Positions 29,854-41,359 of a stretch of 64,000 nucleotides of DNA are shown piece after piece. Every line of letters begins with the position of its first letter. The stretch's first letter is position 1. Made by a program: the position numbers and the translations under genes. The stretch spans positions 576,001 through 640,000 of the forward strand of contig CAWEMM010000007.1 of NCBI GenBank assembly GCA_963810095.1, written 5' to 3'. The notes beneath the pieces are model-generated. The model saw only the letters and a list, made by a program, of their open reading frames with translations. It did no database searches and was not told the origin of the DNA. The DNA comes from an uncultured Chloroflexia bacterium. Lineage in GTDB: Bacteria; Chloroflexota; Anaerolineae; CG2-30-64-16.

Positions 29854-31597
29854 CTACTTCTCCGTCCGCACCCACTCCAGATCGGCCAGGAACAGCGTGC
29901 CGCTCGGCGTCTGGTCGAAGACCAGCGCGACTTCGCAAATATCCGCCAGGTCCAGGCTTGCGAATGCAGAAAGGGGGATGCGGATTGTCGTCAGCGGCAC
30001 CCGCCCCGTGAAGAGGCCGCCGAATGTTGCGTCGGCCAGCAGTTCGCCCGCCGGGTAACGCAGGGCCGGCTCGTCGGGCCCCACAGCCACACGTGCGGTC
30101 TTCCCTGCGCCGTCCGTCATCTGCACGGCGAAACTCTGGCTCTGCCCCCTCGCATTGCGCTCTGACAGCGGATCTACCGCTGCCCGCAGGCTGACGGCCA
30201 CAGCCTGGTGCAGGTCACCCTTGCCCGGCGGGATCGCGAAGCGCCACGCCGCGACTCGTTGCACGGCGCCGGCGCTGTCCCAACTTACCACGGCCAGCGC
30301 GGGTTGGCCGGGCACGACAACAGTCGCCCGCCGGCACGGCTCGGTCCCGGGCCGGGTCAACGGCGTGTAGCTGCCCGCGTCGCAGAAGAACGCGCTGACT
30401 CCTTGTGTCTGCACGGCTCCGCCAAGACGGTTCGTCGTGAGTTCGCCGTCCACGGCCGGTGCGAAGAGCGCCGTGCGTCCTGCTGCCGGATACAGCGTCG
30501 CCACTCGGGCCTCAAGCCCTCCTACCTGCGTCAGTGCGGGCAGCGCCGGGCTCATACCGAGCCATCGCAACCCCTGCTCGCCGGCCGTGGACCCATCGAA
30601 GATCGTGTCGAAGAACGCGTCTGCGTACTGAGTCAGAAACGTCTGCTGGGTCTGGGGATCGAGCAGCGAGGTGCAGTCTGGCCGGCCGGGCGTGCCGAAC
30701 GGGTCGGCGCCGAGCGTCGTGTTGAACCCGTTATGGTTGGCGCGCTCGATGAACGCGGATGTCACCCACGCTTGTGGCCGGCCTCGCCAGGCGCGCGCCT
30801 TCATAGAAATGCTGCCCGTCCTGCTCGGTGACGTCGCCGTCACACATCGGGAGGATGATGCCCAGGGGAACCGGCGTGCCCGGCGCCGGGTCGGTGAAGC
30901 CCGGCGACGGCGCGACCATGAGGATGCCCGCAGGGGGGGCGTAGCTCCCTGCCCCGGTGGCGACCATCCCCGTGCCCGTGGCCAGCAACAGCGCCTGGTC
31001 GCCGCCGCGCGAGTGACCAACGAACGCAAGCCGCTGCGTATCGACCTTGCCCTCGAGGTCGACGCCAAAGCCATTCGCGCCGCCCGCCGATGCGGCCGCC
31101 AGCGCGGCCAGCTGCTTGTCGACGATCTGCGTGAGGCGCTCGCCGGCAACCGGCTCGCCGAAGCCAAACGTATTCTCCGCGTTGATATTGATCGAAAGGG
31201 CGACGTAGCCGTTGGCGGCCAGGTGCTCGGCCAGGTAGGTAAAACCGCGGTAGTTGGGCTGCTCCAGCGCCGGGTCACACGGCCAGCGGTCGACGTGGTC
31301 GATCTCCGGGCAGCCGGGGTGCGTGCCGTGCAGGATGACGATGACCGGGAACGGTCCCTCACCCTCGTTCGGGACTGCGATGACCCCGTTCAGCCGCACC
31401 GGCATGTTGTGAAACCGGCTGTCTTCGGGAAAGTTGGCTTGCACGACGGTCGCTTCGCCCAGGTCGTACTCGACGGCCGCCGGGCGCGCGTCCGGGGTGG
31501 CCGCGGGGGATGGCAACGCTGCCGGCGCCGCGGCGGGTGGCAGCGGCACGCACCCGGCCAGGAGCAAGGCCAGCGTCGCAAGGATCAGCACGCGCAT
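29854..31597 (-). CDS. Lipoprotein alpha/beta hydrolase with C-terminal domain (frameshift at ~30780)
   Basis: Lipobox LLAGC; PFPVIVILHG, GHSRGG nucleophile elbow, CDGDV, ANHNGFNT in the second frame. Confidence 0.8.
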
Positions 31598-31671
31598 TTT
31601 ACTTCTCCAACAACAGCGCGATCAGGCCGAGGACGCCGCCCGCGGCCATTGTCGTCAGCCCCCGAAGTCGC

Positions 31672-32322
31672 TCATTCCGATTCTACGTCCGGCAGAACCG
31701 GCTGCGTCTGCCAGTTGTAGCGCTGCGCCAGCGTGCGAACCACAATGAACAGGGCGATCACGATCCAGGCCGCCACGGTCGCTGCGACGTGCAGATAGAC
31801 CTCCAGTACGACGAACAGGATGCACGAGATGAACCCGGCCGACAGGTAGAACCGGCCCGGCTTGAGCACGGCGGGGGTATTGCCCACCGTGATGTCACGC
31901 AGGATGCCGCCGCCGAAGCCGTTAATCATGCCGATCAGCACCACGCCCGGCAGCGTCATGCCGGCCACGAGCGAGAGCTGCATGCCGACCGTGGCAAAGG
32001 CAGGCACGCCGATCCCGTCGATCAGGCTAATCAGGTTGTCCACCAGGCGCATGCCCACGATCTGCCTCCGAAATAACCCGGCCACAAATGCGGCGAGCAG
32101 GATCAGAGGCAGATACCAGACGTTGGTTACGACGGGCGGCATCGTGTTCAGGAACAGCCCATCGCGCAGGGTGCTGCCGCCCGTCGCGGCAAGGAGCGCG
32201 ATCACGCAAACGCCCGCAAAGTCATAGCGTTTGTGCATGCCAACAATCGCGCCGCTCAACGCCCAGAGGAAGGTGGCGAAGTAGTCGAAGAGCGGCGGAA
32301 GCTGGAAGTATTCCGTTCCCAT
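31672..32322 (-). CDS. TRIC (UPF0126) cation channel family protein
   Basis: WALSGA, ATGGSTLRDGL, GFGGGILRDI. Confidence 0.85.
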   Translation of the reverse strand: MGTEYFQLPPLFDYFATFLWALSGAIVGMHKRYDFAGVCVIALLAATGGSTLRDGLFLNTMPPVVTNVWYLPLILLAAFVAGLFRRQIVGMRLVDNLISLIDGIGVPAFATVGMQLSLVAGMTLPGVVLIGMINGFGGGILRDITVGNTPAVLKPGRFYLSAGFISCILFVVLEVYLHVAATVAAWIVIALFIVVRTLAQRYNWQTQPVLPDVESE

Positions 32323-32325
32323 CGC

Positions 32326-33990
32326 CTAGAACCGGACCGGATATCCAGGGCCAAGTGGGAGGCCCAGCACGAACCACAGCAGCAGCAGGATCAGCCAGAC
32401 AATCAGCATGACGACGGCATACGGCAGCATGAGCGCAACGAGGCTGCCCACGCCGAACTTCTTGTCATACCGCTGCCCGAACGCGACGATGACGGGGAAG
32501 TACACCATCAGCGGCGTCAGGGTGTTCATGGGCGAGTCGGCCACCCGGTAGGCCGAGAAGAGTGTCTGCGCAGGCACACCTAGGCGCACGAAGAGCGGGA
32601 CAAAGATGGGTGCGAAGATGGCCCACTTGGCGAGCGAGCCCGGCATGATCAGGTCGAGCACGACGATCACCAGCACGAACCCGATGAGCAGCGGGATCGC
32701 GCCAATGCCGGCCGCGCTCAGCCCGTCGGCCAGGGCGACCGCGATGACGTTGGGGATCTGGCTGTAATTGAAGTAGGCGATGAACTGACTGATCATCAGC
32801 AGCGTCAGGATCAGCCCGCCCAGCCCGGCGAAGGTCTTGACGATGGCCGCGATCACGTCGTTGGCGTGCTTGAACTTGCCGACGGCTGCGCCGTACGCAA
32901 TGCCGGGGACGAGGAAGCACAGCATGATGATGAACAGCAGCGAGGCCATGAACGGCGTCTGCCCGATGATCAAGCCTGTCTGCGGATCGCGCAGCGGCGC
33001 GCCCTGGGGGAAGGTGCACAGCGCCACGACGGCCAGGACGCCCAGCAGCGCAAAGCCCGCGTTGCGCAGACCGCGACCGTCCAGCTTCGGGTCGACATCT
33101 TCCGCGGCGGTGGCGCTCGCGTCGCCCGCATCCGCCGGGTCGTACTTGCCCAGTCGCGGCTCGACAACCCGCACGGTGATGATTCCCGCCACAAGCGTCA
33201 TCAAGAGGGTCGAAACGACCTGGAAGAAGAAGTCCGCCGTGATCGAGATCGAGGGCTGTCCGATCAGGGCGAGCGACTCGTTCGTGATCTCGAACAACAT
33301 CGCGTCGGTGGGCGTGACGATCAGGTTCGCCATAAAGATCGCGGCCACGCCGGCAAACCCTGCGGCCAGGCCCGCAATGGGATGGCGTCCGACCGCGAGG
33401 AACGCGACGCCGGCCAGCGGAATAAGGATCAGGTACCCGGCGTCCGACGCCACGCTTGCCAGCGCGCCGACGAACACGATTAGGAACGCGAGCAGCGCGG
33501 CCGGCGCCACCTTGACGAGCTTGCGGATGAGCGCAGCCATCAGCCCGCCCTGTTCGGCCACGCCCGCGCCCAGCAGGGCGATCAGCGTGATCGCCAGCGC
33601 GCCGAAGCCTTGGAACGTCGGCACGAACGACGTGAACATGAACCGGATGCCTTCGACGCTCAGGATCGGCTTGATGGGGATCGTCGTCGTCTGGATCTCG
33701 TACTGCGTTACGTCGGCGACGGCCGGCAGCCCCACGCTCGGCTGGCTCAAGTCCTCGTAGAAGTTCGGCTGCGCGGCAATCGGCACGGGCACCGCGATCT
33801 CTTCCGTGACGCTCACGCCGAGCCAACCGAGCACGGACGATACAACAATGATGAAGAGAATGAGGTACGCGAACATCAGCACGGGATGGGGCACCTTGTT
33901 GCCCACCCGTTCGACGCCGTCCAGCAGCTTATCCATGAATCCTCGCTGGGCGGGTTGCGCCGGGGCTCCTGCGGTCATGGTCTCCTCCAC
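32326..33990 (-). CDS. abgT: AbgT family transporter
   Basis: VERVGNKVPHPVLMF, ASDAGY, GRHPIAG, SQFIAYFNYS, SLAKWAIFAPIFVP, AYRVADSPMN. Confidence 0.92.
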   Translation of the reverse strand: MEETMTAGAPAQPAQRGFMDKLLDGVERVGNKVPHPVLMFAYLILFIIVVSSVLGWLGVSVTEEIAVPVPIAAQPNFYEDLSQPSVGLPAVADVTQYEIQTTTIPIKPILSVEGIRFMFTSFVPTFQGFGALAITLIALLGAGVAEQGGLMAALIRKLVKVAPAALLAFLIVFVGALASVASDAGYLILIPLAGVAFLAVGRHPIAGLAAGFAGVAAIFMANLIVTPTDAMLFEITNESLALIGQPSISITADFFFQVVSTLLMTLVAGIITVRVVEPRLGKYDPADAGDASATAAEDVDPKLDGRGLRNAGFALLGVLAVVALCTFPQGAPLRDPQTGLIIGQTPFMASLLFIIMLCFLVPGIAYGAAVGKFKHANDVIAAIVKTFAGLGGLILTLLMISQFIAYFNYSQIPNVIAVALADGLSAAGIGAIPLLIGFVLVIVVLDLIMPGSLAKWAIFAPIFVPLFVRLGVPAQTLFSAYRVADSPMNTLTPLMVYFPVIVAFGQRYDKKFGVGSLVALMLPYAVVMLIVWLILLLLWFVLGLPLGPGYPVRF

Positions 33991-34066
33991 ACGAATCCTG
34001 AGAAAAATGACGGCGCTTGCCCGCTCGCCGGCAGCAGCAGAGCGGGCTCATCAATCGCTTGCGGCG

Positions 34067-35338
<1,272 letters not shown>

Positions 35339-35352
35339 CAATCCCCCCCTTC

Positions 35353-35428
35353 AACACAAAGGCACAAAGACACGAAGCTGCTGTGTTTTCGCCTTCTCTA
35401 GATCTTCGTGCCTTTGTGTCTTTGTGTT
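35353..35428. repeat. Inverted repeat of 8-nt periodic CACRAAGR units
   Basis: AACACAAAGGCACAAAGACACGAAG ... CTTCGTGCCTTTGTGTCTTTGTGTT (23/25 paired), filling the gap between the dipeptidase and pepT. Confidence 0.75.
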
Positions 35429-36807
35429 TAAAGCTCTGCAAGTTCGTCCAGGTACACGATCGCCGTCTGGATGCCCCGCTCGAACATATCGATCCGATAG
35501 TGCTCGTTGGGCGAGTGCAGCCCGTCGGTGTCCAGCCCGTAGCCCATCATCACCACCGGCACCTTCAACAGGTCGGCCAGCTCGGCCACGATGGGGATGC
35601 TGCCGCCCCCGCGGGTGAACACGGGTGCGTGGCCCCAGCCGCGCTCGTACGCCCGGGACGCGGCTTGCATCTCGGGCAGGTCGAAGGGGATCAGAGCGGG
35701 CTTGCCGGTAGTCAGCAGCCGCACCTCCACCTTGACCGTCGGAGGCGTCGCGTCCTCAATGGCCTTCTTGATTAGCTCGTAAATCTTGTGGGCGTCCTGG
35801 TTGCCCACCAGCCGCGAGCTGATTTTGCAGCCCGCTCGCACAGGGATGATGGTCTTGGGTCCTGGGCCAGAGTAGCCGCTCCACAAGCCGTTGATGTCTA
35901 GCGTCGGCCGCGCGGAGACGCGCTCCCGGAGCGTGTAATCCGCGTCGCCCCAGGCTGCGGGCACGCCGGTCGCAGCCATGAACTGCTCGTCGGTCAGCGG
36001 GACCTTTGCCAGCATCTCCCGTTCGGCCTCGGTCAGCGCCACGACGTCGTCGTAGAAGCCCGGGACGGCGATGGTGCCGTCGTCGTTGTACAGCGACTTG
36101 AGGATTTCGACCAGCGCCAGTGCCGGATTGTGCGTCGCGCCGCCCCAGAACCCGCTGTGCAAATCCTCCCGCGGCCCTTGAACTTCGACCTCGAGATAGG
36201 TCATGCCGCGCAGGCTGTGCGTAATTGCGGGCGCCTCGATCGTGGCCATCGATGAATCGCTAATCACGCACACGTCCGCTTGGATCAGGTCTGCGTGTTC
36301 CTTGACCCAGGGCACGAGGTTGGGCGAAGATATTTCTTCTTCGCCTTCCAGCAGGATCTTCACGTTGACCGGCGCGGCCCCCCCGGTCTTCAGGTACGAT
36401 TCGAGCGCCTTGACCTGGATGAAGAGCTGGCCCTTGTCGTCGGTCGCGCCCCGGGCGTAGATCTTGCCGTCCTTGACGATCGGGTCAAACGGGTCGTGAT
36501 CCCACCCGTCCTCCATCACCGCGGGCACGACATCGTAATGACCGTAGATGAGCGCGGTGCGCGCCTGCGGCCCCGCGCCGAGCCACTCGGCGTACACGAC
36601 CGGGTGGCCGGCCGTCTCCATCACGCACGCGTTGTCGAGCCCCAGGCCCGCGAGGTGCGCGGCCAACCACTCGGCGTTGCGACGTGTGTCCGCGGCAAAC
36701 GCCGGGTCCGCGCCGACGCTGGGGATGCGGATCATCTCGAAGAGTTCGTCCAGAAACCGTGCCCCGTTTTCACGCGCATACGCTTGCGCCCGCTCGACAT
36801 CTCCCAT
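35428..36807 (-). CDS. M20 family dipeptidase (Dug1/CNDP2-like)
   Basis: YGHYDVVP, YARGATDDKGQ, EGEEEISS, DLHSG, GGSIP, LHSPNE; GGAGG RBS. Confidence 0.92.
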   Translation of the reverse strand: MGDVERAQAYARENGARFLDELFEMIRIPSVGADPAFAADTRRNAEWLAAHLAGLGLDNACVMETAGHPVVYAEWLGAGPQARTALIYGHYDVVPAVMEDGWDHDPFDPIVKDGKIYARGATDDKGQLFIQVKALESYLKTGGAAPVNVKILLEGEEEISSPNLVPWVKEHADLIQADVCVISDSSMATIEAPAITHSLRGMTYLEVEVQGPREDLHSGFWGGATHNPALALVEILKSLYNDDGTIAVPGFYDDVVALTEAEREMLAKVPLTDEQFMAATGVPAAWGDADYTLRERVSARPTLDINGLWSGYSGPGPKTIIPVRAGCKISSRLVGNQDAHKIYELIKKAIEDATPPTVKVEVRLLTTGKPALIPFDLPEMQAASRAYERGWGHAPVFTRGGGSIPIVAELADLLKVPVVMMGYGLDTDGLHSPNEHYRIDMFERGIQTAIVYLDELAEL

Positions 36808-36820
36808 TGGTGTTACCTCC

Positions 36821-38486
36821 CTATGCAACCGCAGGCGCCGCTTGGTGTTCCCGGCGCCCTTCTTCGTCTACGATTTCTTTGGCACTCAGCTCGGTGAGCC
36901 GGTAACGCGGCAGCCGCATGGCCGGGAAGATCGCCACCAGGCAGATCAGGGCCAGCAGCAGGAACGACGCCTTAAGCGCGTTGATCCGTGCGACCTGGTT
37001 AATGCGCACCAACTCTTCGGCCTCGGCGGGCGCGACGGGCGTGGCAGCCAGCCTGTCTTTGAGTTGCACGTCGCTGATAAAGTCCACCCGGCTAACGTTG
37101 TCCAGGTTGAACTGCGGCGGCAAGTTCGCCCGGCCCAGGCCGGCGCCCAGCGCGGTGGTCAGCAGAGTCACCGCCACGACGCCGGCAAACGCCGCGCCCA
37201 GCGCCGAGGAGACGTTGTTAGCCACGCCGCGCAGCGCACCGACGTCGCCCGCGTATTCTTTCGGCGACGCGGACACCAGCACGTTGAAGAGAAGCGTCAG
37301 CATCGTACCCTCGCCGATGCCTGCGAGGATCAGCCCGAGGATGACAAAGGGCGTCCCCCAGCCGCCGCCGATGGCCAGCCCGACGAGTGCGAACCCGACT
37401 GCGTTGAGAATGAAACAGCTGGCGCCCAACACCCGCGGGTTGATCCGGTCGTACAGCCGCACGGAGAGGATCGCGGCCGCCGCGACCGCCAGCGCATAGG
37501 GCACGATGGCTACAGAGGTAAAGAGCGGCGTCTGGCCCTGCACAATCTGAATGTAGAGCGGGATGAGGAAGCTGATCGCCGCCCCAAGTGCGCCCGCCAC
37601 GAGGAAGGCCAGCACCGCGTTGCGCTCTTCGGACGAATTGAGCACCTCGCGCGCCAACAGCGGCGTCTTGCCCTGATCCTCACGGCGCTTGAGCCACACG
37701 AAGAACGCCTGGCCCAAGACGACGCCGGCGATCATGAAGATCGGCACGGGCGATAGGCCGAAGACGTTGAACGGCGCGTCTGGCGTGGCCAATATCAGGC
37801 CCCAGTGGTTGATGTTGTTGAACGCGAAGAGGATCAGCGTGATCGAGAGCGCCGACAGGAGGACGCCGACGAAGTCGATCTTGATGTTCCGCTGGCGCGG
37901 CACCGGCGTGAGGCGGAAGCTCAATGCCAGCACCAGGAGCGACTGGAGGAAGATGATGCCGAACGAGATGCGCCAGTTCAGCGCCGTGGCGATCCAGCCG
38001 GCGACGATAAACGCCAGCCCGCTGGCGATGGCCGGAATGCTGGCCAGGATGCCCAGGGCTTGCGACTGCTGCTTGCCGCTGTAATTGGCCGCGATCAGCA
38101 CGACCAGCGTCGGCACGAGCAGCGCGGCGGCCAGCCCCGCGATCGAGCTGCGCGGCGTTCATCATGGCCGCGTCGCGGCTGATCGCCATCAATGCCATTG
38201 CCAGACCGTGGGCCAACGCGCTGACCTGGAACACGAGGCGCTCGCCGAACAGCTTTCCCAGCTTGGCCCCCAGCATGACGAATGCCGCGACCGCCAACGA
38301 GTACAGGACCAGCGCCGTCGATACGGCAGTCGCGGGCGCATTCAGGTCCTGCAGGATGGGACCGAGCGAGACCGGCAGCGCGTTCACGTTGATGCCCATC
38401 TGCAACTGCGCAATGACGATGATGATCAGGGGCAGCCACGAGGCAGCCGCTTCTGCTTTTCCGACGGAGATCGACCTATCTGCCAT
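36821..38486 (-). CDS. MFS transporter (frameshift at ~38140)
   Basis: N-terminus WLPLIIIVIAQLQM..GAKLGKLFG (ORF 37680..38909) continues in ORF 36821..38116 with LYIQIVQG and ALGAAFAG. Confidence 0.85.
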
Positions 38487-38515
38487 AATTACTGCTCCTT
38501 GTGCAGCGCCCGGCA

Positions 38516-39202
38516 TCAACCGATCAGGGCGGAGATGCCCTTGTACAGGAAGAACAGCCCGAATACCAGGTAGACTGCAATGAAGACCGGCCGGCTGTTG
38601 CGCTCCAGCCATGTACGGACTGCGAAAATGGCACGATTCGCCCGCTCGGGCGATAGCACGGAAGCGATCACGGCGACCAATCCAAATACCTGGGCGCCCA
38701 GCACATAGGACAGGAAGAGCCCGGCGCTGGTGGGCGGGCCAAAATGGGCCTTTTCCAGAACGCCGATGGCTCCGAGCGTGAAGACCCACTGTTTGCCGGA
38801 GAGCAGAACCACCGCGACGCCCATGCCGAACGCCATAAGCGCGGAAAGGTTGCCGAGGGAGGCCATCCATTTGGGCGGCGGCTCGTCGGGATCGGCCTCT
38901 TTGGTCCATTTCTTAAATGCGTTGATCAGCATCAGGACGCCGATCACGATCAGCAGTGTGGAGACGATGAGGTTGCCACCGGCTTCGGTCGTCGCCGCGG
39001 GGTCACCGGCGAAGATCCAGCCGAACGCGATTCCTTGCGCGAGCCGCACGAGGATAGCGCCGGCGACGAAGGCCGCGCCCTTCGCCAGCCCGCCCCGGTT
39101 GCTTAGCAGGAGGAGCACGATCATGATAGGGACGGGGACGACGGCCGCGCCGATAATCAAAGGGAGGAGTTCGATGAAAACAGAACCGGTGCTTGGCTGC
39201 AT
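38516..39202 (-). CDS. GAP (Sap/SfLAP-like) family membrane protein
   Basis: LLPLIIGAAVVPVPIMIVLLLL, PPKWM, WLERN..GLFFLYKGI. Confidence 0.8.
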   Translation of the reverse strand: MQPSTGSVFIELLPLIIGAAVVPVPIMIVLLLLSNRGGLAKGAAFVAGAILVRLAQGIAFGWIFAGDPAATTEAGGNLIVSTLLIVIGVLMLINAFKKWTKEADPDEPPPKWMASLGNLSALMAFGMGVAVVLLSGKQWVFTLGAIGVLEKAHFGPPTSAGLFLSYVLGAQVFGLVAVIASVLSPERANRAIFAVRTWLERNSRPVFIAVYLVFGLFFLYKGISALIG

Positions 39203-39312
39203 GGGCGACGTCCCTTCGTGCAGTGGCGATGTCGCAATGCCGGGTGCGAACTGAGAGTGAACACCTGCAATTCACACCGTGAGGCAAGATTTGGTCTGCC
39301 GGGCCACGTTGG

Positions 39313-39341
39313 TGCGGGCCGGGCGCTAAGCCCGGCCCGCA
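39313..39341. terminator. GC-rich hairpin after the META lipoprotein gene
   Basis: TGCGGGCCGGGC-GCTAA-GCCCGGCCCGCA; no clear U-tract. Confidence 0.4.
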
Positions 39342-39355
39342 TTAGAGCGGCGGCG

Positions 39356-41272
39356 CTATTGCGCGCGGTTTGCCATCACAGCCAGCGCATCAGCCGCAGA
39401 GCGAATCTGGAGCTGAGCGCCGCTGATTTGGAAGGTGGCTGCCGAATTGAGCGCAGCCAGGAACTGCTGCTCCTGCTGCATCACGCCTTCCGGCGAGTCG
39501 CAGAACAGGTTGGTGCTACCCGGCCGGTCGATCGTCAGCACATTGCCGCCGGCCTGGTAGTTGGCGAAGAAGTTGTTGCAACCCGCCTTGCCCTGTACCC
39601 GGCCCGTCGCGTCGAAGTCCATCGTGATCGTGCTCCCCTCGACGAGGCCGACCACCGCGCCGCCGTTGTTGAAGTTCGTCACGGTCCAGCGGGTGCCCGC
39701 CAACGGATTGACGACCGTGGGCGGCTGGGGTGGGGCAATGGGCTGCGTCGCGACTGGCGGCGGCTGGGGCGGCGCGATGGGCTGCGTCACGTTGATGGTC
39801 ACCTGGCGGAACTGGGTGGACCCGTCGTTCATCTGCACGCGCATCTCGTAGGTCGTCGTCGCGGCGGGGCACACCCGCTCGCTGCCCTGGCCCGTGCGGG
39901 GGAACGCGCTGAAGTTGGAGCCCTGCGGGTAGATCCACACCCCCTGCACGTTGCGGACATCCCAGTTAAGGGTGGCGCACTCGCCCGCGTTGATCTGCGT
40001 GCGGTCGGCCCAGAAATTGATCTGTGCCTGGGGCGGAATGGGCGTCGCGACGATGGGCGCCGCCGTCGGGGGGACGCGTGTTGGTGCAGGTGTCGGCGGC
40101 ACGCGGGTTGCGGTCGGCACCGGGGTCGGCGGCGACGCGACGACCGGCACGTTCTCGGCATTGGTCGCGGTCACAAAGTCGGCCGAGACCCAGCCGGAGC
40201 CGCCTGGCAGTGCCGGGGCTTCGACCTGCCACCAGCGTCCGTCCTGGCTGCGGCCGATCAGCGTGCCAGAGTCGCCCTGGCGGGCCGCGCCGATGATCGG
40301 GAAGTTGGTGCCCGGGCCCGAACGGATGTTGAGCACGCTGGCGCCGGTGACGGTCCCCGTGGGCGTCTGCGGCGCGGGCTGGGGCAAATCGACGATCTGC
40401 TCCTTCACCGCGATCACCGCGATTGCGTCGCCCGCGGTACGCAGCCAAAGCTCGTCGCCCTCGATGCGGTACGTCGCGGCAGTTTGGAGGGCGGCCAGGT
40501 ACTGCGCCTCCTGGTCCATCACGCCCTGGGGCGACTCGCAGAACATCTGGGTCGAGCCGGCCGCATCGATGGTGATTGTGTTGTCCTGGGCCTTGTAGCC
40601 CGCGAAGTAATTGTTGCACCCGGCGTTGCCGTTCAGCTGGTCCTTCTCGAAGTTGAGCGTGATCTCAGTCCCGTCGAGGACGCCAACAACCGCTTCGCGG
40701 CCGTTGTTGTAGTTCACGACGGCCCAGGCCGTGCCTTCCAGCTTCTGGACGTCGGCGATGAATGTCAGCACGATGTCGCTGCCGGCGAAGAGCACGAGCT
40801 GCCGGGCGCTCATGGCGAAGCGGGTCACGCTCGCCAACGCCTTCTGATACTCGGCGGCCTGGGTCATCACGGGCTCGGCGCAGGCCATCATCGTACCGGC
40901 CATGGGTTGCATGAAGGTGAGAGCGTCGCCAAGCTGGTTGTACGTGGTCGTGTAGCGGTTACAGCCGTCCGAGCCACTGGCCGAGCCATCCATTCCGAAC
41001 TGCAGGGTGATGGCGGCTTCGTCAATCGGCAGGCTGCCGTTCAGCGAGCTCATGATCCATGCGGTGCCCGCGAGGACTGGTGCGGCAGGCGCGATGATCT
41101 CCGGGCCGGGCTGTGCGATGGCCTGGGTCGGCGCGGGGGCGACGGCGGTTGGCTCCGTCGCGGCCGCGGGGGCGACCGTCGGCGCTTCAAGCGGCGGCAG
41201 CGGACCGGGCGCGCAGGCCGCGGCCAGCAAGGTGACCAACAGCAAGAGTGACAGTAGGGAGAACTTGCTCAT
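39356..41272 (-). CDS. Lipoprotein with three META (HslJ-like) domains, an SH3b domain and Pro/Thr linkers
   Basis: Lipobox LAAAC; three L(A/E)GT.W...G..GCN..(T/F)..Y...T.(M/L).C...VM.Q units; LNIRSGPGTNFPIIG SH3b. Confidence 0.88.
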   Translation of the reverse strand: MSKFSLLSLLLLVTLLAAACAPGPLPPLEAPTVAPAAATEPTAVAPAPTQAIAQPGPEIIAPAAPVLAGTAWIMSSLNGSLPIDEAAITLQFGMDGSASGSDGCNRYTTTYNQLGDALTFMQPMAGTMMACAEPVMTQAAEYQKALASVTRFAMSARQLVLFAGSDIVLTFIADVQKLEGTAWAVVNYNNGREAVVGVLDGTEITLNFEKDQLNGNAGCNNYFAGYKAQDNTITIDAAGSTQMFCESPQGVMDQEAQYLAALQTAATYRIEGDELWLRTAGDAIAVIAVKEQIVDLPQPAPQTPTGTVTGASVLNIRSGPGTNFPIIGAARQGDSGTLIGRSQDGRWWQVEAPALPGGSGWVSADFVTATNAENVPVVASPPTPVPTATRVPPTPAPTRVPPTAAPIVATPIPPQAQINFWADRTQINAGECATLNWDVRNVQGVWIYPQGSNFSAFPRTGQGSERVCPAATTTYEMRVQMNDGSTQFRQVTINVTQPIAPPQPPPVATQPIAPPQPPTVVNPLAGTRWTVTNFNNGGAVVGLVEGSTITMDFDATGRVQGKAGCNNFFANYQAGGNVLTIDRPGSTNLFCDSPEGVMQQEQQFLAALNSAATFQISGAQLQIRSAADALAVMANRAQ

Positions 41273-41359
41273 GTTAGATGTCCTTTCGGATAGGTGTGTT
41301 CGTGCGGGCCTTGTCGCTCAGGCTGCCCGCACGCGGGCTCGGACACGCCTGCGCGCGTC

